Below are positions 58,386 through 64,000 of a stretch of 64,000 nucleotides of DNA, piece by piece. Each line of letters starts with the position of its first letter. Position 1 is the stretch's first letter. Source of the DNA: Myxococcota bacterium (GTDB lineage: Bacteria > Myxococcota_A > UBA796 > CAJQPC01). The translations under genes were made by a program, and so were the position numbers. Location of the stretch: positions 49,427 through 113,426 of the forward strand of contig JAZAMN010000073.1 in assembly GCA_036229005.1 (NCBI GenBank), given 5' to 3'. A model generated the notes under the pieces. It had not been told where the DNA came from. It did not search any database and saw nothing but the letters and a program-made list of their open reading frames with translations.

Positions 58386-59258
58386 TCAGTATAGGGTGGC
58401 CCAGTCGCTGTTGAAGGCCGCGTTGAGCTGCGTCTCGTCGTAACTCCAGTGCACCGGCCCAGCGACCTGCACGCAGTCACCGATGCTCACGGCCTCGTCC
58501 TGGTGGATTCGGACCATGATGCTGGTCCGGCCCAGGTCCGCGTCGTAGCAGTTGTAGCTGCCGCCGCAGTTGCCCTGACTCTCGGTGATCTCGCCCCATC
58601 CCCAGATGGGTGCTGAGACGTTGTCGTAGGTCACCTTGGTCGAGGTGGCGTCCACCAAGTAGACCTGATCGGAGAAGCCGGTCACCTGGAAGTCGCTGAG
58701 CTCCATGATCTCGGGCAGCCCGTAGTGGTTCTTGAGCTCCGTTGCGGTGAAGCTGACCGTGTCTCCCGGGTAGACGTCGGACAGTCCCTGGTTGTAGGTC
58801 CGATAGGAGCCGCTCTTGTCCTGAATCCAGATGTCTCCGGTCGACAGGCCCCGCGCCGTCACCAAGGCGTCGGTGATCTGGATGCTGACGGTGACGGTCT
58901 CGCCCTCAGCCGGCGTGTTGCTGATGAGCCGGCCGATGCCCGCGTTGAAGGTGGGCGTGGAGAACTGGACGTCGTAGCCGTCCAGCTCCCCGTAGGTCAC
59001 CTGGGACAGCGTGGGCTCACACTCGGGATCCGCGTCCGCATCCGAGTCCGAGTCGCTGTCGGAGTCGCTGTCCGAGTCCGAGTCGCTGTCGGAGTCGCTG
59101 TCCGAGTCCGAGTCGCTGTCCGCGTCCGTGTCGGCGTCGCCGTCGAGCAGCCAACTGTCCACGGGCTCCTCGCTGTCGCCTCCGCCGATACCGCAGGCCA
59201 TGCCCAGCGCCGCGAACGTGGTCAGGGTTCCGGTGAGCAGAAGTCGCTTGGCGCGCAT
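58386..59258 (-). CDS. Lipoprotein with (Asp-Ser)n tract and OB-fold-like domains (paralog 2)
   Basis: N-terminal peptide identical to paralog 1; IWIQDKSG, PGDTVSF, NHYGLPEI, GDCVQVAGP. Confidence 0.8.
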   Translation of the reverse strand: MRAKRLLLTGTLTTFAALGMACGIGGGDSEEPVDSWLLDGDADTDADSDSDSDSDSDSDSDSDSDSDSDSDSDADADPECEPTLSQVTYGELDGYDVQFSTPTFNAGIGRLISNTPAEGETVTVSIQITDALVTARGLSTGDIWIQDKSGSYRTYNQGLSDVYPGDTVSFTATELKNHYGLPEIMELSDFQVTGFSDQVYLVDATSTKVTYDNVSAPIWGWGEITESQGNCGGSYNCYDADLGRTSIMVRIHQDEAVSIGDCVQVAGPVHWSYDETQLNAAFNSDWATLY

Positions 59259-59331
59259 ATGTCCTCCCATTTGGCCGGGCGTCTATCCGCCCCCCTTGCC
59301 AACCGCCCCCCCATTGCGCATTGTCTCGTAG

Positions 59332-60135
59332 ATGCCACACGTCCTCTTGCTGACCCTCTTCGCCTGCAAGGCCCCCGATCCCGCCCCCACCGAGATCGAG
59401 GAGCTCTCCCGCTTCTTCATCAACCACTACGAAGATGAAGAGCCCCAGGCCCTGGCCGACGGCGCCAACAACCTGGACCTCTGGTACCAGGACAACGTCG
59501 GCGAGGGCGACCTGGGCGGCCTGCTCGACGACCTGCTGCTCGAAGACATCGTCGGCATCGGCATGCCCCAGGACACCGACCCCGACCTGATGGTGGGCGT
59601 CTTCCACCTGACCCCCCAGCAGTGCTCGCTGGACGACATCGCCGGCATCTTCCTCTACGACGACCAGCAGGAGCTGTTCCCCGACAGCTACATCACCTAC
59701 GGGCGCGAGTACAAGACCGACACCGAGTGCTTCCGGCCCGGCGACTGCGACGACGCCCACTGGGACATCAACATCAAGACCGCCTTGGCCCTGGGCACGG
59801 AGATGACCTACACCCTGGACTCCGGCATGGTCCGCACCCGCCCCGACGCGGACGGCGACACCTTCACCGAGCCCTTCCTGATGTCTCGCACCTGGCTGCC
59901 CGAGCCCGCCGAGGTCGACGGCGTCGGTTACTTCGACCAGAGTTACCAGATCGAGGTCTTCCTCCCCACGGGCAGCGACACCACCCTGCACTTCTACGCT
60001 CTGTGGAACGCTGGCGGCGTCGACGGCCTGGACCCCGAGGCCGACTTCTGGAAGGACCAGTACCTGGACTCCATCATCGAGTGGGACGAGCGCATCGACG
60101 AGCTCTGCGCCGAGCCCGCCCTCTGGCAAGGCTGA
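59332..60135 (+). CDS. Hypothetical acidic lipoprotein
   Basis: MPHVLLLTLFAC; in-frame TAG immediately before the ATG; TTGCCA-N17-CATTGT upstream. Confidence 0.78.
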   Translation: MPHVLLLTLFACKAPDPAPTEIEELSRFFINHYEDEEPQALADGANNLDLWYQDNVGEGDLGGLLDDLLLEDIVGIGMPQDTDPDLMVGVFHLTPQQCSLDDIAGIFLYDDQQELFPDSYITYGREYKTDTECFRPGDCDDAHWDINIKTALALGTEMTYTLDSGMVRTRPDADGDTFTEPFLMSRTWLPEPAEVDGVGYFDQSYQIEVFLPTGSDTTLHFYALWNAGGVDGLDPEADFWKDQYLDSIIEWDERIDELCAEPALWQG

Positions 60136-60138
60136 CCC

Positions 60139-62184
60139 TTACTCCCCGCGTACCCGCACGTCCGCGAGCTCCACGACCCCGCTGCCTTCCAGGTGCACAG
60201 GCCCGGGCAGGGACAGGAAGCGCCAGGTCCCGTCCGCCTCGATGCGAGGTCCTCCCACCACCTGGACCGGCGCGTCCGCTGCGTGAATCCACAAGGAGAT
60301 CACCTCGCCGGCGAGGACATGCTGCTGCCCGCTGGAGAGCACCACGCTGTCAGGTGTTGAGACCGGATCCCAGGAGGGCAGGATCCCCACCTCTCCCGCC
60401 TTCTCCGGGATCTCCCACACCACCGTGCCGTCGGGCGCCTCGATCACCGGCGCGCCCAGCAGCCGCTCCAGCGCCGTCCAGGTCGGCTCGCTCAGGCGGT
60501 CCGCGCGTTGCCGGTCGTGCTGCCCCAGGTGCGCCGGATCCACAGGCACGCCTCGGTGAGCCACCACGTAGCCAAAGCCTTCGTCCCGCAGTGCGTCAAT
60601 GTCTTGAGGATCCAGCTTCAAAGTGTCATCCCGTCTGGGGCGGTTCAGCATCTGCTCCAGGAAGGGCCGGGCCAGGACGTAGTCCCGGAAGCGCCAGAGG
60701 TCGTCGCGCCGGATGAGCTGGTTGCAGTTGAGCAGGGGCATCCCGTGGGTGCGCTGGGCCCACTGCTGGCGCGCCGTCGCCCGGCTCAGGGGTTGGTGGT
60801 GCAGAGGCAGCTCGATGACCCCCGCTGCCGGCAGCCCCGCCAGCTCCGCGTAGGCAGGGGAGACCGCCGTGTCCGCCAGAGGCCGCGCGCTCGCCCCTGA
60901 CCAGTGCGGCTGCGTGATGGCCGCCAGGAACAGCGCCGGCACGCCCCACGCCAGCTTGGGGCGCCGGCCCACCGCGACCGCGCCCAGGCAGCCCAGCGCC
61001 AAGACCACGATGATGCCCAAGCGGTAGGGCCGATACACCTTGGAGAAGAAGGGCAGGTGGTTGTAGAGCCCCAGATAGGGCAGGGGCCAGGACTGCGACC
61101 ACGCCGGCAGAGGCAGCGTCGCATCCCAGCGCGGATAGGGCCCCAGCGTCAGCACCGTGAAGGCCAGCGCCAGGAGCGCCCAGGGCCTCCCGCGTCGCCC
61201 CGCGAGTGCCAGGGACAGCGCCCCCACCAGCCACGCCAGCCGCCCCGGCGTGGACTGCAGCGGGTTGGCCGGAAAGCCCATCTCCACGTGGCCGCGCAGC
61301 GTCGTCGCGTTCACCAACACCTGGAAGCTGTCGGCCTGCACCAGGTCCGCCTCCGTCAGCTCCGCCAGCGGCAGCGTCCCGTCCACCACGCCCTGCGCCA
61401 GGTCCGCCGCCTCCGCGCTCAGGTCCGCCTGGGTCAGCGCGACCCGCGTCGGTGTCTCCTGCCGCGCCGTGTGGATCATCGGCAGAAGCAGCGCCACCGC
61501 CAGGCTCGCCGCCCCCACCGACCAGCCCAGCCCCGGCAGCATCCGGCGCCCTCCCTGGGTCGCCCGCCAGCCCCAGATCCCCAGAAGCATCAGCGCCGAG
61601 AACGCCAGGTAGTACCAGTTCATCGGCCCGCAGAGCACCAGCGCGCCCGTGAGCGCCAGCGCCCGCCTCCAGCCCGGGGCCTCCAGCAGCCGCAGCCCCG
61701 CCAGCGCGACCAGCGGGATGGGGAAGGCCGCCACCAGCTCCAGGCAGCCCGCGCCCATCTCGCCGTAGAGCATGGGGGAGAAGGCGAAGAGGCTCCCGAC
61801 CACTGCGCCAGTTGCGTGCCCACCGCCCAAATGCCGTCCCAGCGCGTGCCCCGCCAGACCTGTGCCCGCCAGCGAGGTGATCAGCAGCAGGTTGTACGTC
61901 GCCACCGTCGACACCCCCGCCCACATCAGCGGCAGCCCCAGCATCTGCACGGCCACGTGTCCGAAGGACCACAGCGGGTAGCCGATGGGGAAGAGGATCT
62001 CCGTCGTCGTGTCCATCCCGCCGCCGGCCCCCAGGTGGTCCATCAGCCACAGGGTGGTCCAGGCGTCGAAGCGGTCCCCCCACACCGCATCCCCCAGGTG
62101 CGCGGGCAGCGGCCAGGCGAACACGCAGGCGCCCACCACATAGGCCAGCGCCGCCGCCAGCCAGGGCAGCGCGGGGTGCTTCAC
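60139..62184 (-). CDS. Polytopic membrane protein, GT-C/YfhO-like putative glycosyltransferase
   Basis: GTG start at 62184 overlapping the upstream stop; DAWTTLW, TYNLL, NWYY, LTLGP, RPYRL, VIELP...HGMP...GFGYVVAH. Confidence 0.58.
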   Translation of the reverse strand: MKHPALPWLAAALAYVVGACVFAWPLPAHLGDAVWGDRFDAWTTLWLMDHLGAGGGMDTTTEILFPIGYPLWSFGHVAVQMLGLPLMWAGVSTVATYNLLLITSLAGTGLAGHALGRHLGGGHATGAVVGSLFAFSPMLYGEMGAGCLELVAAFPIPLVALAGLRLLEAPGWRRALALTGALVLCGPMNWYYLAFSALMLLGIWGWRATQGGRRMLPGLGWSVGAASLAVALLLPMIHTARQETPTRVALTQADLSAEAADLAQGVVDGTLPLAELTEADLVQADSFQVLVNATTLRGHVEMGFPANPLQSTPGRLAWLVGALSLALAGRRGRPWALLALAFTVLTLGPYPRWDATLPLPAWSQSWPLPYLGLYNHLPFFSKVYRPYRLGIIVVLALGCLGAVAVGRRPKLAWGVPALFLAAITQPHWSGASARPLADTAVSPAYAELAGLPAAGVIELPLHHQPLSRATARQQWAQRTHGMPLLNCNQLIRRDDLWRFRDYVLARPFLEQMLNRPRRDDTLKLDPQDIDALRDEGFGYVVAHRGVPVDPAHLGQHDRQRADRLSEPTWTALERLLGAPVIEAPDGTVVWEIPEKAGEVGILPSWDPVSTPDSVVLSSGQQHVLAGEVISLWIHAADAPVQVVGGPRIEADGTWRFLSLPGPVHLEGSGVVELADVRVRGE

Positions 62185-62972
62185 GGGGTGGGCTCTTGGG
62201 GCGGGAACAGCGCAGCGCACACCTGGGCGCTGGCGGGCTGGGCCATCAGCATCGCGGTGAGCACGGCGCGGTCGTCGCCATTCAAGGTGCTCAGCAGGTC
62301 CAGCGCGCCGTCCTCCAGGGTGAACAGGGCGCCCAGATCGGTGGGCGCTGCCTGCGGATCCCGTGCGCGCTGCAGCGTCGCAAAGTCTCCGTCTTCCCAG
62401 GGGTCCTGGACGCCACGGGGCACCTTGGATTGGCCCGCGTCCAGCGTGTCGCGGAGCACGAACACCGCCTCTCCCGAGCGGAGCTGTTGGGCGGGGGAGA
62501 GGGCGCTCAGCCAGTCCTCGCTGGCGGAGACCGTCTCGCGGATGGCTTGGGATTTCAGGGCCAGAGGGGTGGGGAGGGCACTGCGAGCAGCCTCCCGCTC
62601 CTCCGCCAGAGACTGTGCTTGATCCTCGGTGAGGGGCCCTTGAAGCAGCGCGGCCTCGAGCTTGTCGGATGTCGGCGCCAGAGCTTCCGCCTCCGCTTGT
62701 GCCATCCCATCCAGCTCGGCCTGCAGCGCCACCATCCGCGCCTGCGTCGCTGTCACCTGCAGGCAGAAGGCCGACTGTTGCTCCCGGTCCAGCTCCATGC
62801 GCCGGATCCACAGCAAGGTGCGCACCCGGTCCCCCTGGGGCTTCGCCGCCGCGCCCCACTCGCCGGCGTAGAGGCTCTGCGCCAGCGCGGGGGTGGAGAG
62901 CTCGGGCGTCTCAGGCGCCGAGGCGGGGGCCTCGGGCTCGGCGGTCGCGCAGGCCAGCAGGAAGGGGAGCAC
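62181..62972 (-). CDS. Hypothetical lipoprotein
   Basis: GTG start MLPFLLAC; helical/coiled-coil body. Confidence 0.7.
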   Translation of the reverse strand: MLPFLLACATAEPEAPASAPETPELSTPALAQSLYAGEWGAAAKPQGDRVRTLLWIRRMELDREQQSAFCLQVTATQARMVALQAELDGMAQAEAEALAPTSDKLEAALLQGPLTEDQAQSLAEEREAARSALPTPLALKSQAIRETVSASEDWLSALSPAQQLRSGEAVFVLRDTLDAGQSKVPRGVQDPWEDGDFATLQRARDPQAAPTDLGALFTLEDGALDLLSTLNGDDRAVLTAMLMAQPASAQVCAALFPPQEPTP

Positions 62973-63044
62973 GGCGGCAGTCTACCGCTGGGGGCGGGCC
63001 GGCGGGCGCCCGGAGATGCCCTGCGGCGCGGAGAGGGGCTCTCC

Positions 63045-63859
63045 GCCGGCTGGGGGTTCCGGGTTCGGCCGGGAGAGCCCGCCTCGGAGAGGAGCGGCGT
63101 GATGACCGATACCTGAGACCCGGTACCTGACCCCCGACGCTGAGCCCCCCCTCACGGCGACCGGGGACCGGGGACCGGGGACCGCCGATGACGCACTGCC
63201 GGGCTTGGGGCGGCGGTGGCAGCCGACTTGGGGAGGCGCCTCGGGGAGGGCCCGGCACTGCGTGCGGGCCACGGGAGCGCCGGTTGCCGGCTGGGGATTC
63301 CGGGCTCGCCCTGGAGACGGCGCTTCGGAGAGGAGCGGCGTGATGACCGATACCCGACGCCTGATGCCTGAGACCCCCTCACGGCGACCGGGGACCGGGG
63401 ACCGGGGACCGCCGATGACGCACTGCCGGGCTCGAGGCGCCGGTGGCAGCCGACTTGGGGAGGCGTCTCGGGGAGGGCCCGGCACTTCGTGCGGGCCACG
63501 GGAGCGCCGGTTGCCGGCTGGGGGTTCCGGGCTCGCCCTGGAGACGGCGCCTCGGAGAGGAGCGGCGTGATGACCGATACCTGCCCCCCGACGCCTGAGC
63601 CCCCCTCACGGCGGCCGGGGACCGGGGACCGGGGACCGCCGATGACGCACTGCCGGGCTCGAGGCGCCGGTGGCAGCCGACTTGGGGAGGCGTCTCGGGG
63701 AGGGCCCGGCACCTCGTGCGGGCCACGGAGGGGCCGGTCGGCCGCTGGGGTTCCGGGTTCGCCCTGGAGACTGCGCCCCGGAGAGGCGCGGCGTGATGAC
63801 CGATACCCGACGCCTGATACCTTACCCCCGACGCTGAGCCAGTCTCACGGCGACCGGAG
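63045..63859. repeat. Long-unit tandem array 3 (3 full 227-bp-period units plus partial units), interrupted by IS256
   Basis: Anchor GATGACGCAC at 63187, 63414 and 63641; reverse complement of array 2 units. Confidence 0.93.
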
Positions 63860-64000
63860 GGGAGCGTCCAAAACTCTGTGGATCGGCTGTCAGCCCTCCA
63901 GGGTCACTCCGGTTTTCACAGGTTGACTCGACCTTCAAAGTGGATGGCGAATTGCTGTAGCGCCAGGTCCCAGCTCCTGATGGGCATGGTCCACTTGTCC
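63860..64000 (-). mobile_element. IS256-family insertion sequence, right end (truncated by the window)
   Basis: Terminal-IR-like GGGAGCGTCCAAAACTCTGTG at 63860; lower GC than the flank; contains the transposase C-terminus. Confidence 0.85.
63916..64000 (-). CDS. IS256 transposase, C-terminal fragment
   Basis: Manual translation DKWTMPIRSWDLALQQFAIHFEGRVNL*, matching the typical IS256 KWTMP..W..A..QFAI.F..R ending. Confidence 0.87.
   Translation of the reverse strand, partial: DKWTMPIRSWDLALQQFAIHFEGRVNL

Noticed and set aside
60139..62859. 906-aa version of the membrane protein
   Set aside because: The N-terminal ~225 aa overlap the 62181..62972 lipoprotein out of frame; the GTG at 62184 is coupled to that gene's stop.
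63095..63150. Box C/D-like motifs (GTGATGA ... CTGA) in array 2/3 units suggesting C/D or TIGR-like guide RNAs
   Set aside because: GTGATGA is absent from most array 1 units, CTGA arises from the heptamer repeats, there are no variable guide segments and no Nop-domain gene is seen; insufficient support.

Overview
GC-rich bacterial chromosomal window. The gene content suggests a marine Myxococcota/deltaproteobacterial lineage (Na+-NQR operon, DUF1552/DUF1592 pair, HEAT + HD-GYP pair, many small lipoproteins); this is inference, not a database assignment. Recognisable genes: nqrABCDEF-apbE, an ABC exporter, an archaeal-type RNase HII, RNase HI with an extra N-terminal domain, ettA, Zn-independent rpsN/rpmJ paralogs, glnS-YqeY, a glutamine synthetase-family ligase, fabG, an MqnC/CofH-type radical SAM enzyme, a GT4-radical SAM fusion, and the right end of an IS256 element at the window edge. 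The most striking unexplained structure is a family of ~190-250 bp non-coding, self-complementary units in three tandem arrays (28.2-29.7 kb, 42.1-44.3 kb, 63.0-63.9 kb). The units are joined by heptamer microrepeats, and one array is enclosed by 35-bp terminal inverted repeats. Other signals: a 14-site GATC cluster in a divergent promoter region, two opposed arrays of a 31-bp repeat, a duplicated 156-bp multi-hairpin element, a 9-codon leader ORF before an RbfA-like gene, ultra-short lipoprotein signal peptides lacking a basic n-region, and recurrent leaderless-type TANNNT-N6-start junctions. All family calls rest on motif recognition only; no searches were run. Many long ORFs in the supplied track are antisense or frame shadows.
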